A stretch of 64,000 nt of DNA from Spirosoma fluviale (GTDB lineage: Bacteria; Bacteroidota; Bacteroidia; Cytophagales; Spirosomataceae): NCBI GenBank assembly GCA_945883625.1, contig CAMCXW010000002.1, positions 39,479-103,478 on the forward strand, in the 5' to 3' direction. The notes under the pieces are model-generated. The model was not told where the DNA came from, ran no database searches, and was given only the letters and a program-made list of their open reading frames with translations. Positions 48,750-58,542 of the stretch are shown in pieces; the first letter of the stretch is position 1; each line of letters begins with the position of its first letter. Both the position numbers and the translations under genes were made by a program.

Positions 48750-50372
48750 ATGCGAAATATAGGTATAATTTTCTGTTCTCTTTTTCCACTGGTTGGTCTT
48801 TTTGCGCGACCAAATCAACCTAAAAATCACGTAAAACAACCCAATATTGTTTGGATTGTCTGCGAAGATATGTCCCCTCATTTAGGTTCTTATGGAGAAA
48901 AAGTGGCCAAAACCCCCGTTTTAGATCAGTTGGCAAAAGAGGCCGTACGTTATACCCAAGTATATTCCACAGCTGGTGTTTGCGCTCCAAGCCGCTGCGC
49001 TCTAATTACAGGTAATTATCAAACGGCTATTGGTGGACAGCACATGCGCACCTTAGGATTTTCTGCCAATGCCAAAGATGATTATCCCGCAGGTCTAAAA
49101 CCCTATTCCGCTGTAATTCCAGCGGGTGTGAAATGTTTTTCAGAATACCTGCGCATGGCGGGATATTATTGTACCAATAACGCAAAACAAGATTATCAGT
49201 TTGAAGCACCCGTTACCGCTTGGGATGAGAGCAGCAAGCGAGCTCATTGGCGAAAGCGCCCTTCCAAATCCCAACCCTTCTTTTCTGTTTTTAACATAGA
49301 AACAACGCATGAATCCCAAGTTTGGGCTCGGGAAAAGCAGCCGCTTTTGGTAAATCCCAAGGACGTGCTCGTACCACCGTACTATCCCGATGATTCCGTC
49401 AGCCGTAAAACCATCGCGCGTTTTTTATCGAATGTGATGGTGATGGACCAACAAGTTGGCGAAATCATCAAGCAATTAAAAGAAGATGGCTTGTATGAGG
49501 AAAGTATTATATTTTTTTACAGCGATCATGGCGATGGAATGCCCTTTGTAAAACGTGAGTTATCTCAGCGTGGCCTAAAAGTCCCGTTGTTAATTAAGTC
49601 CCCTCATTTGCCTAAAGGAAAAGTAGATGATCAACTCATTAGTTTTGTTGACATGGGCCCCACCGTCCTTTCCTTAGCGGGCGTAAAAATTCCACAAAAA
49701 ATACACGGACAGGCTTTTTTAGGGGGCCAACAAGCAAAGGCAAAACGAAAATACATTTATGCAGCACGTGATCGGATGGATGCTGAATATGACCGAGTGC
49801 GTGCCGTGAGCGACGGTCGATTCAAGTACATTCGCAACTACATGCCTGAAAAATCGTATTATCAACCGATTAAATACCGACTACAAAATCCATTAATGAC
49901 GCATATGTTGGCACTCAAAGCTGCCGGAAAACTAAATGAAACGCAATTAAAATGGTTTAGGCCCACAAAATCTGTAGAGGAATTATTTGATACGCAAAAT
50001 GACCCGCATGAATTTACTAATTTGGCTTCGGACCCTGCGTATAAAAATAAGTTGGCAGAACTGCGCAAAAAGCATTTGGACTGGGTTAAACGCTATGGCG
50101 ATCTCGGTGAAATGCCTGAATTAGATATGCTGAAACTTTGGTGGAAGGGAGAAGCCAATCCCCCGAAAACTGACCAAACAAAGGTGGACATCGTGGCTGG
50201 GAAAGCTCAGCTTTCATGCCCTACACCCGGCGCGTCGATTGGTTATAGAAAGAATTCGAAGGAAACTTGGATGGTATATACCAAACCAATCACCATTAAT
50301 AAAGGGGATTCGCTTTACGTGATGAGCCACCGAATTGGATATACACCTACAGAAACGCGATTGAAAAATTAA
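48750..50372 (+). CDS. S1 sulfatase (sulfamidase/S1_8-like) with short C-terminal FN3-associated domain
   Basis: PNIVWIVCED, CAPSRCALITG, TTHES, VPPYYPD, SDHG, RDRMD; tail SCPTPGASIGY. Confidence 0.92.
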   Translation: MRNIGIIFCSLFPLVGLFARPNQPKNHVKQPNIVWIVCEDMSPHLGSYGEKVAKTPVLDQLAKEAVRYTQVYSTAGVCAPSRCALITGNYQTAIGGQHMRTLGFSANAKDDYPAGLKPYSAVIPAGVKCFSEYLRMAGYYCTNNAKQDYQFEAPVTAWDESSKRAHWRKRPSKSQPFFSVFNIETTHESQVWAREKQPLLVNPKDVLVPPYYPDDSVSRKTIARFLSNVMVMDQQVGEIIKQLKEDGLYEESIIFFYSDHGDGMPFVKRELSQRGLKVPLLIKSPHLPKGKVDDQLISFVDMGPTVLSLAGVKIPQKIHGQAFLGGQQAKAKRKYIYAARDRMDAEYDRVRAVSDGRFKYIRNYMPEKSYYQPIKYRLQNPLMTHMLALKAAGKLNETQLKWFRPTKSVEELFDTQNDPHEFTNLASDPAYKNKLAELRKKHLDWVKRYGDLGEMPELDMLKLWWKGEANPPKTDQTKVDIVAGKAQLSCPTPGASIGYRKNSKETWMVYTKPITINKGDSLYVMSHRIGYTPTETRLKN

Positions 50373-50477
50373 TATATAGAGAATGTAGAAATTGTCCTGA
50401 GAGTCAATCCTATTTCTTCTTTTTATATAGCAAGTAAGACGCTGCGGTTATTCCTTTTTACTTTAAACAAGTAACGG

Positions 50478-50734
50478 ACGGCAGAGATTGGGATGGATTT
50501 ATTCTTGTTAATCCACATAGAATTCATAAGGGCTTTGTGATACTGTATAATCCGACGAATGAAGTAATAAAGCGGAAGGTCTCCTTGCCTTTTTACTATA
50601 CGGGAATTTTAAAGACAGCAAAAATTACATCTAAATAGGGGACAATACGAACCGCATCATTACGTCCATCAAAAGATATTGACTTGGAATTTGATATCTC
50701 ACCTAATTCTTACATCTGGTTTTTGAGTGATTAA
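50478..50734 (+). pseudogene. Second copy of the glycosidase-like remnant, with internal stop
   Basis: GRDWDGFILVNPHRIHKGFVILYNPTNEV...KITSK*GTIR...; TAG at 50636-50638; 26 mismatches in 257 nt versus 48371-48627 by manual count. Confidence 0.75.
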
Positions 50735-50861
50735 CTGGTGTTATCATGCTTCAGCTTAGTCAGCTCAAATAAAGATGGTCAGATAGGCTTGAAATCAATT
50801 AGTTGGATTTGCATAGCATACGCTAAAGCTGCTTTTTTTGTAAAAATCTAATAAAAATTAT

Positions 50862-50889
50862 AACTATCCTTAATTAAATAAGGATAGTT
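50862..50889. promoter_or_regulatory. Perfect palindromic operator-like site upstream of susC (plus operon)
   Basis: AACTATCCTTA-ATTAAA-TAAGGATAGTT (11-6-11). Confidence 0.75.
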
Positions 50890-50953
50890 GCCTATTAATA
50901 AATTGTCTAATTGCACTTACTTTTTAATAATATTTTAAAGAATCTAAATTTCT

Positions 50954-53900
50954 ATGAAAAAAATTCTAATAACATTAGTTACGATGTTAACGCTTTTCCA
51001 AGGACTTGCACAAAGTATGCAGGTGAAAGGAAAAGTTAGTTCATCTGATGGCTCGGGAATTCCAGGAGTTTCCGTAACCGTAAAAGGTTCCCCCAACGGT
51101 AGTATTACAGGTGCCGATGGGAGTTATACAATCCAAGTAAATTCAGGAGCAACCGCAGTGCTAGTTTTTTCATCGGTTGGCATGACCAGTAAATCGGAAA
51201 CAGTTCGAAACCGATCAATCATTAATGTTAGTTTAGATGATAATTTACAAGAGTTATCTGAAGTTGTGGTCGTGGGATATGGAACAGCAAGAGCGAAGGA
51301 TTTAACTGGTTCCGTGGCCACCATTAATCAAAATACAATTAAAGATTTACCTGTTGCAACGATTGATCAAAAGATGATTGGACAAGTTGCAGGTATGCAA
51401 ATTCAACAATTATCAGGTCAGCCAGGTGCAGGAACATCTGTTCGTATACGAGGTAGTGGTTCACTAGGAGCAGGGAATGAGCCTTTGTATGTAATCGATG
51501 GAATGCCTTATTCTGCAGGATTAAATCGTGATTTTAATCCCCTTTTATTGATAAATCCAACTGATATTGAGTCCATTTCTGTATTGAAAGATGCTTCATC
51601 CACGGCTATATATGGTTCAAGAGGAGCCAATGGTGTCATAATGATTACGACTAAAAAGGGTCAGTACGGCAAATTACAAATCAACTTTTCTTCAATGACT
51701 GGTATACAAGATGTACCTCAAAAAGGACGGCCTGAATTAATGAACCAGCGAGAATTTGTTGAATTGCAGAGAAATAAAATTGACATAGCCGTATTGAGAG
51801 CTGAAAATCGAAAATCAACAGTAGCAGATTATCCACTTGAATATCAAAATATAGACCAATTGGTTGGCAATGGAACGGACTGGTATGACTTATTATTGCA
51901 AACCGCCCCTATTCAAGAACACAATTTAAGTATTCAACGAGGTACGCAGGATTCTAAAATAAATGCAAGTTTTGGTTATTATAAACAAGATGGAGCATTG
52001 AAGTTCACAGGCGTCGAGCGATTTACAAGTAAAGTTGGCTTTGAATCTAACCTTAGTAAAACAGTTACTTTTGGCGGTTCGCTTCTTAACTCTCTGGTTG
52101 ATCAAAATCGGACGAATACCAATTCTGATCGAGGTGATGTGATTGGTATCTCGCTTTGGGCTAATCCAGTCATGTCTCCTTACATGGCGGATGGCCAATT
52201 AAATCCGTATGTAAGATCCCCTCAGAGTAAATATCATTCAGCGTGGAGTTTTGTTAATCCTTTATTCTTGTTGCAAAATACGAGTCAATTAGAAAAGCAA
52301 TTTCAAAGTTTGGGATCGGTATTCATCGATTGGAATATCTTACCAGATTTAAAGTTTAAGACATCTTTAAATACCATTTATTCATCGTCTAGATTCAATC
52401 AATTTGTACCGAGTACAATTGGTACATCAACAGCCAATGTTCCGCCGATTCCTGGCACTGGTAGGTCTTCTAATTCTAGGTCTGAAACGTTTGATTGGCT
52501 AATTGAGAATACGTTAAATTACAATAAAAACATCGGGCAACATCGATTTAATGCGGTTATAGGTTACACTACGCAACGTAGCAATACAAGTGGTTTGAAC
52601 CTAAATGCTTCTCCATATTCAAATGATTTAATACAAACAATCAACGCGGCTCAAGCCATTAGTTCATGGGGTGAAAATGCGCAAGAATGGAGTTTAATTT
52701 CCTATTTAGGTAGGGCTAATTACTCTTTTGCTGATAAATATTTGGTTACAGCAACTTTAAGAACGGATGGATCCTCCAGATTTGGTTTTAAAAATAGATA
52801 CGCTGCCTTCCCGTCATTTGGTGTTGCATGGCGGATATCTGAAGAAGACTTTTTAAAGGATAGTAAAATTATATCTAGCTTAAAATGGCGAGCTAGTTTA
52901 GGTAAAAGTGGAAATAATAATATTGGTAACTATTCTTCTTTAGCTTCCATTAATCCAGGAGCTTATGTATTTGGGGGAAATCAGGTTTCGGCTTCATTCG
53001 TTGGAATTTCCAATCCTTTCTTAACATGGGAGGAATCCAATCAGTTTGATACAGGTTTAGATATTGAATTGTTTAATAATCGAGTAAGCTTGATTTTAGA
53101 CTATTACAATCGGGAAAGTGCAAATATGCTTTTGAATGATGTTATTCCAGCGATTACAGGATTTAATTCCCAAATTGTAAATAAAGGAACCGTTCGAAAT
53201 AGGGGTGTTGAGATTTCCTTGAGCGCAAGCCCTATTCAAGGTAAATTTAATTGGGATTTAAACTTAAATGTTGCCGTCAATAGGAACATGGTACTCTCCC
53301 TAAATGAAAATGGTGATCGTGTCTTATCGGGAAATAACGATGGACTTCCTACACACGTGACCGTTGTAGGCAAACCGATTGGTCAATTTTTTGGATTTGT
53401 GATGGAAGGAGTGTATTCAGCCGCGGACATTGCAAATCCTGCTATTATTAAGACAGCGCAAGTGTATGAAGGTAATCCAAAATATAAAGATGTTAATGGA
53501 GATGGTCTCATTAGTGACTTTCTTGATTATAGTATGCTAGGGAGTCCGCATCCAGATTTTATCTTTGGATTTTCAAATAACTTTTCTTACAAAAACTTTA
53601 GTTTAGGAGTCATTCTGAACGGTCAGTATGGAGGACAAGTGATGAATGGTTTGAGACAAACAACGGATAATTTACAAGGATTCTTTAATGTAAGTAAAGT
53701 TTTTGTAAATCGTTGGCGAAGTGCACAAAACCCAGGTGACCCAATGCTATATGGTGTGCCCAAATTAACACCTAGTTGGGGCCACCGCGTTAATACTCGT
53801 TGGGTCGAAGATGCCTCATTTTTACGTGTTTCAAATGTAACTTTGGGTTATTCCATTCCATCTAGTTTGGTTCAAAAATCGAAACTATTTGAATCTTGTA

Positions 53901-54064
53901 GACTTTATCTGACGTGTAGGAATTTAGCTATGTTTACCAACTATTCAGGTGCTAATCCAGAAGCGCAATCAAGAAATATTGACAATACATTGTCTCAGGG
54001 CTTTGATATGACATCTTATCCTTTAGCCACAACTACATCATTAGGCCTTAACCTGTCCTTTTAA
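50954..54064 (+). CDS. SusC/RagA family TonB-dependent transporter
   Basis: EVVVVGYG, PLYVIDG, LKDASSTAIYGSRGANGVIMITTKKG, LTWEE, C-terminal LNLSF. Confidence 0.95.
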   Translation: MKKILITLVTMLTLFQGLAQSMQVKGKVSSSDGSGIPGVSVTVKGSPNGSITGADGSYTIQVNSGATAVLVFSSVGMTSKSETVRNRSIINVSLDDNLQELSEVVVVGYGTARAKDLTGSVATINQNTIKDLPVATIDQKMIGQVAGMQIQQLSGQPGAGTSVRIRGSGSLGAGNEPLYVIDGMPYSAGLNRDFNPLLLINPTDIESISVLKDASSTAIYGSRGANGVIMITTKKGQYGKLQINFSSMTGIQDVPQKGRPELMNQREFVELQRNKIDIAVLRAENRKSTVADYPLEYQNIDQLVGNGTDWYDLLLQTAPIQEHNLSIQRGTQDSKINASFGYYKQDGALKFTGVERFTSKVGFESNLSKTVTFGGSLLNSLVDQNRTNTNSDRGDVIGISLWANPVMSPYMADGQLNPYVRSPQSKYHSAWSFVNPLFLLQNTSQLEKQFQSLGSVFIDWNILPDLKFKTSLNTIYSSSRFNQFVPSTIGTSTANVPPIPGTGRSSNSRSETFDWLIENTLNYNKNIGQHRFNAVIGYTTQRSNTSGLNLNASPYSNDLIQTINAAQAISSWGENAQEWSLISYLGRANYSFADKYLVTATLRTDGSSRFGFKNRYAAFPSFGVAWRISEEDFLKDSKIISSLKWRASLGKSGNNNIGNYSSLASINPGAYVFGGNQVSASFVGISNPFLTWEESNQFDTGLDIELFNNRVSLILDYYNRESANMLLNDVIPAITGFNSQIVNKGTVRNRGVEISLSASPIQGKFNWDLNLNVAVNRNMVLSLNENGDRVLSGNNDGLPTHVTVVGKPIGQFFGFVMEGVYSAADIANPAIIKTAQVYEGNPKYKDVNGDGLISDFLDYSMLGSPHPDFIFGFSNNFSYKNFSLGVILNGQYGGQVMNGLRQTTDNLQGFFNVSKVFVNRWRSAQNPGDPMLYGVPKLTPSWGHRVNTRWVEDASFLRVSNVTLGYSIPSSLVQKSKLFESCRLYLTCRNLAMFTNYSGANPEAQSRNIDNTLSQGFDMTSYPLATTTSLGLNLSF

Positions 54065-54090
54065 TTTAAAGGAATAAACTGAATAACAAT

Positions 54091-55572
54091 ATGAAAAATT
54101 TAATCATTTTAATTTTTGCTCTCATCATATTTAGTGGATGCAAAGATAATTTCTTAGAGATTTATCCTAAAGCAACGCTAAGTGAAGGCAGTTTTTATAA
54201 AACGGATGTCGAGTTTGTTTTACTAACAAACGGATGTTATGTTCCCATGAGGGATTATGAAAAAAATCAGCATTGGATTTTAGCTGAATTAATTTCAGAT
54301 AATGCAAGTTTTCAAAATAACATTAGAACTGGAGAGGCTTCAAGAGGCGTCATTGATCAATTTATTTTGGCATCTGATAATACAGTCTATTCAGGTTTTT
54401 GGAACTTATCGTATAACGGGATTACACGTTGTAATAAATTACTGAGCGAAATAGATCGTCCTGCTACGGTTTGGTCTAAATTATCATTAAAAGATCGATC
54501 TAAAGGAGAAGCACTATTTTTACGGGCACTGTATTATTTTAATCTTGTTAGGCAGTTTGGTGGTGTCCCTTTAGTTTTAGAACCTACTACATCGCAAGCT
54601 GCTGTCGAAATAAAGAGATCTAAAGACACTCAGGTTTATGATCGAATTATTTTAGATTTAAGAGATGCTGCTGCATCTTTTGCCAAAGCCAAAGATGTAG
54701 AGGAAAATGGTCGAGCAAATGAGATGTCAGCCCTAGCCTTATTAGGTAAAGTTTACTTGACTACAGGAAACTTTGTAGAGGCTGAAAAAGTATTGAACAC
54801 CGTCATGTCGTCTGGAAAATATGCGTTATTACCGGAGTATGCAGACCTATTTAATCCAGCAAAAAAAGATTATAAAGAAACTATTTTTGCTATTCAATAT
54901 TCTGAAAATAGCCCCGAATTAGCTAATAACTTCATATTTACATTTGCTCCACATACATCTGGAGGGGCAATAACACGCCGGCCTAATATTAATATCATTT
55001 CGGCGGGCTGGAATCAACCTACTGATGATCTAATTAATGCTTTTGAGGTCGGAGATAAACGCAAAGCCGTTTCGATCGGAATTTGGAATGGTTTAGACTG
55101 GGATAACAAAGTTAAACCCATTCCTTATTGTGCCAAATATAAAGCACCTATTTCCGCACCTGATAACCGCTGTGGCGATAATTTGCCAATTATTCGTTAT
55201 TCAGATGTATTATTAATGTATGCGGAATCTTTAGTTGAACAAGGAAAAGTTAGCCAAGCAATTCCAAGCATTCAACTAGTTCGAAACAGGGCAGGTCTTT
55301 CAAGTCCTATTACGTTAAATGATGCGGCTAGTCTACGTGCTTTAATTGCCAAAGAAAGACAAACTGAATTTTGTTTTGAGAATCAAAGGTGGTATGATTT
55401 GAAAAGAACTGGTAAAGCGACAGAGGTGATGACCGCTCATGGTAAAAGAGAAAAAGCTGCCAAGGTATTTTTGTATCCTGAATCTTACACCTTAAATTCA
55501 AACAAGCTAATCGCTCCTTTACCTGTAAGTGAGGTTTCTATTAATAAATTAACTCAAAATCCAGGTTACTAA
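54091..55572 (+). CDS. SusD/RagB family lipoprotein
   Basis: Lipobox FSGC, FLRALYYFNLVRQFGGVP, RYSDVLLMYAE, FCFENQRWYDL, QNPGY. Confidence 0.94.
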   Translation: MKNLIILIFALIIFSGCKDNFLEIYPKATLSEGSFYKTDVEFVLLTNGCYVPMRDYEKNQHWILAELISDNASFQNNIRTGEASRGVIDQFILASDNTVYSGFWNLSYNGITRCNKLLSEIDRPATVWSKLSLKDRSKGEALFLRALYYFNLVRQFGGVPLVLEPTTSQAAVEIKRSKDTQVYDRIILDLRDAAASFAKAKDVEENGRANEMSALALLGKVYLTTGNFVEAEKVLNTVMSSGKYALLPEYADLFNPAKKDYKETIFAIQYSENSPELANNFIFTFAPHTSGGAITRRPNINIISAGWNQPTDDLINAFEVGDKRKAVSIGIWNGLDWDNKVKPIPYCAKYKAPISAPDNRCGDNLPIIRYSDVLLMYAESLVEQGKVSQAIPSIQLVRNRAGLSSPITLNDAASLRALIAKERQTEFCFENQRWYDLKRTGKATEVMTAHGKREKAAKVFLYPESYTLNSNKLIAPLPVSEVSINKLTQNPGY

Positions 55573-55582
55573 TCAGATACCT

Positions 55583-57067
55583 ATGAAACAAAGAAATCAC
55601 ATCACAGGAGCTCTTTTTATATTCTTTATTGTTGGCTTTAGCTACACAACTTTAGCCCAAAAAGACAAAAAGCCCAATATTCTATATGTTTTAGTAGATC
55701 AGTGGAGAGCCCAGTCGGTGGGCTATGCGGGTGATAAAAATGTAATGACACCCCATTTAGATCAATTAGCAAATCAAAGTGTTAATCTGACACATGCCGT
55801 TTCCGGGATGCCGGTTTGTTCACCTCATCGTGCCTCATTTTTAACGGGTCAATACCCGTTAACGCACGGCGTTTTTATGAATGATGTTTTGCTGGACACA
55901 AACCGCACGAGCATCGGAAAAGTATTCAAAGAAAATGGATACCAAACAGGCTATCTAGGCAAGTGGCATGTGGATGGGCATGGGCGCAGCTCGTATATTC
56001 CTGCGAGTCGCCAACAAGGCTTTGATTATTGGAAAGCCTTAGAATGTACGCATGACTATAACAATTCGGCCTATTATGAAGGGAACTCTCCGGTTAAGAA
56101 AGTCTGGGAAACCTATGATGCCATCGCTCAAACGCAAGATGTTTGTCAATACCTGAAAAGTCAGACGAAAAAAGATGATCCATTCTTTTTAGTGCTTTCC
56201 ATCGGATCGCCCCATGACCCTTACCAAACAGCCCCAGAAAAATATCGGAAAATGTATGAAAATAAAATCTTCACCATTCGGGATAATGTTCCCGCTGATA
56301 AAGTGGAGAAAGTCCAAAATGATCTTCGAGGCTATTATGCACACATGACGGCGATTGATGATTGCATAGGCCAACTTCGTCAAACGCTGAAAGAACAAAA
56401 CTTAGCCGACAATACGATTATTGTTTTTACGGCAGATCACGGTGATTTAATGGGGTCCCATGGCGCATGGAATAAGCAACAACCCTATGACGAAAGTATT
56501 CGAGTTCCTTTTCTTATCCATTATCCGAAAGCCTTTGGGCCAAAAGGGAAAAAATCCAGCATACTGATTAATTCGCCAGACATTATGCCCACGCTCCTCG
56601 GACTTACTGGAATCAATGTTCCCAAATCAGTTGAGGGTAAAGATTTTGCACCCATATTACTAGGTAAAAAGAAAAATGATGTAACCCATACCTTAATTTC
56701 CTGCGTGCAACCATTTGGCCAATGGACACGCGCAAGAGGAGGCAAAGAATACCGAGGCCTAATGACTGAAAATTATACCTACGTGCGTGATTTAAATGGG
56801 CCGTGGCTATTGTTTGATCGAACAAAAGACCCTTTTCAACTCAATAACTTAGTTGGCCAACCCGCAGTCGCCGCCATTCAAACCAAATTGGATATCGATT
56901 TATGGAACGAATTAAAAAAGCGCAAAGATGAATTTTTACCCGGTTTAAGCTATGTGAAAAAATGGAATTATGTAATCGATGCGACTGAAACCGTACCTTA
57001 CGTAAAAATCAATTACCAGGGATTACCTATTTTAGACACATCATCGGGCTATCCTAGTCCCAAATAA
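55583..57067 (+). CDS. S1 sulfatase (S1_27-like)
   Basis: [36 protein letters not shown]; subfamily from recall only. Confidence 0.9.
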   Translation: MKQRNHITGALFIFFIVGFSYTTLAQKDKKPNILYVLVDQWRAQSVGYAGDKNVMTPHLDQLANQSVNLTHAVSGMPVCSPHRASFLTGQYPLTHGVFMNDVLLDTNRTSIGKVFKENGYQTGYLGKWHVDGHGRSSYIPASRQQGFDYWKALECTHDYNNSAYYEGNSPVKKVWETYDAIAQTQDVCQYLKSQTKKDDPFFLVLSIGSPHDPYQTAPEKYRKMYENKIFTIRDNVPADKVEKVQNDLRGYYAHMTAIDDCIGQLRQTLKEQNLADNTIIVFTADHGDLMGSHGAWNKQQPYDESIRVPFLIHYPKAFGPKGKKSSILINSPDIMPTLLGLTGINVPKSVEGKDFAPILLGKKKNDVTHTLISCVQPFGQWTRARGGKEYRGLMTENYTYVRDLNGPWLLFDRTKDPFQLNNLVGQPAVAAIQTKLDIDLWNELKKRKDEFLPGLSYVKKWNYVIDATETVPYVKINYQGLPILDTSSGYPSPK

Positions 57068-57072
57068 AACAA

Positions 57073-58506
57073 ATGAAGCACCTGTCACACGCTATGTTTA
57101 CAAAAAAATTCATCAAGCCTTTGGGCTTTTCATTTGCATTTTGTGTTTATTTTTTCGCTGCACATGTAGCAGAAGCGCAATCCAAAAAGCCCAATATAAT
57201 ATTTATTCTGACGGATGATCAACGCGCTGATGCGATGGGCTACGCTGGAAATAAAATTATCAAAACGCCCGAAATGGATAAATTGGCCAGCCAAGGAATC
57301 TATTTTAAAAACGCTTTTGTCACAACGCCCATTTGTGCGGCCAGTCGGGCAAGTATTTTAACCGGTTTGTATGAAAGAACGCATTTATATACATTCCAAC
57401 AAGGCAACCTGAAGCAAGGATATGCGGATAATTCGTACCCCGTTTTATTAAAAAAGGCAGGATATTACACGGGATTTTTTGGGAAATTTGGGGTGGAATA
57501 TCCTCTATTTAAGTCCATGTTTGATGAGGGCGAAAATTATGATCGAAATACCAAGTACAAAGATTATCGGGGGTATTTCTACAAGACCCTTGGAAAAGAT
57601 AGCGTTCATTTAACCCGATATACGGCGCAAAAAGCAATGGATTTTATTTCAAATGCACCCGAAGATAAACCTTTTTGCCTGTCTTTAAGCTTCAGTGCAC
57701 CGCATGCCCATGACCCCGCGGTAGATCAATATTTTTGGCAACCAGAAGTGGATTCTTTATACAAAGACGTTGTTATTCCACCGCCCATTATGGGCTCGGA
57801 TGCCGATTTCATGGCCCAACCAGCCTATGTTCGAAACGGCGAAAATCATACCCGTTGGCTATGGCGCTTCGACACCCCCGAAAAATACCAGAAAAGCGTC
57901 AAAGGATATTACCGAATGATTTCGGGTATAGATTTAGAGATAGGCAAAATTCGCCGACTGCTCGCCGAAAAAGGCTTAGATAAAAACACAATCATTATCT
58001 TTTTGGGGGATAATGGATACTTTTTAGGGGAGCGCCAACTGGCCGATAAGTGGCTTATGTATGATCGTTCTTTGCGTGTTCCCATGATGATTTATGATCC
58101 AAGAAATCCGAAACATCGTGTGATTGAGGATGAGGTTTTGAATATTGATATCGCACCTACCATTTTTGGATTTGCGGGAGTAGGCCAACCGTCCTCGTGG
58201 CAAGGAATAAATTTATCGGGGTACACCAAAGCCGCTTCGCCTGCAAAATCGAGAGTTGAATTTTTATGTGAACATTTGTGGAAAGTGGATATAATTGCCG
58301 CCAGTGAGGGATTTAGGACTAAAAAATGGAAGTATTTCCGTTACCGCGATGACGTAGCGCATGAAGAGTTATATGACCTTTCTAAAGACCCTTTGGAAAA
58401 AAACAACCTCATCAACAGCCCAAAATACAAGTCGGTGGCATTAAGCATGCGCCAAAAAATGCAGAAAAAGATAACGGATTTGGAGAAAAGTAGGTTACCG
58501 AATTAG
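57073..58506 (+). CDS. S1 sulfatase with CAASR motif (S1_25-like)
   Basis: [43 protein letters not shown]. Confidence 0.9.
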   Translation: MKHLSHAMFTKKFIKPLGFSFAFCVYFFAAHVAEAQSKKPNIIFILTDDQRADAMGYAGNKIIKTPEMDKLASQGIYFKNAFVTTPICAASRASILTGLYERTHLYTFQQGNLKQGYADNSYPVLLKKAGYYTGFFGKFGVEYPLFKSMFDEGENYDRNTKYKDYRGYFYKTLGKDSVHLTRYTAQKAMDFISNAPEDKPFCLSLSFSAPHAHDPAVDQYFWQPEVDSLYKDVVIPPPIMGSDADFMAQPAYVRNGENHTRWLWRFDTPEKYQKSVKGYYRMISGIDLEIGKIRRLLAEKGLDKNTIIIFLGDNGYFLGERQLADKWLMYDRSLRVPMMIYDPRNPKHRVIEDEVLNIDIAPTIFGFAGVGQPSSWQGINLSGYTKAASPAKSRVEFLCEHLWKVDIIAASEGFRTKKWKYFRYRDDVAHEELYDLSKDPLEKNNLINSPKYKSVALSMRQKMQKKITDLEKSRLPN

Positions 58507-58542
58507 GCAATTATTTTTTACACCTAGGAATCAGTTAAAAAA

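Larger units (their letters stand above)
50478..51283 (+). repeat. Right arm of the inverted repeat
   Basis: Matches the reverse complement of 47867-48627 apart from a ~45-nt indel between remnant and operator; perfect core 50999-51122. Confidence 0.92.

Noticed and set aside
48639-48881. 80-aa minus-strand ORF
   Set aside because: Antisense to the sulfatase leader and promoter; no motifs.
47867-51283. Composite transposon/IS ends, or a plain assembly duplication
   Set aside because: No transposase or target duplication seen; arms differ at dozens of positions and by a ~45-nt indel, so they are distinct copies.
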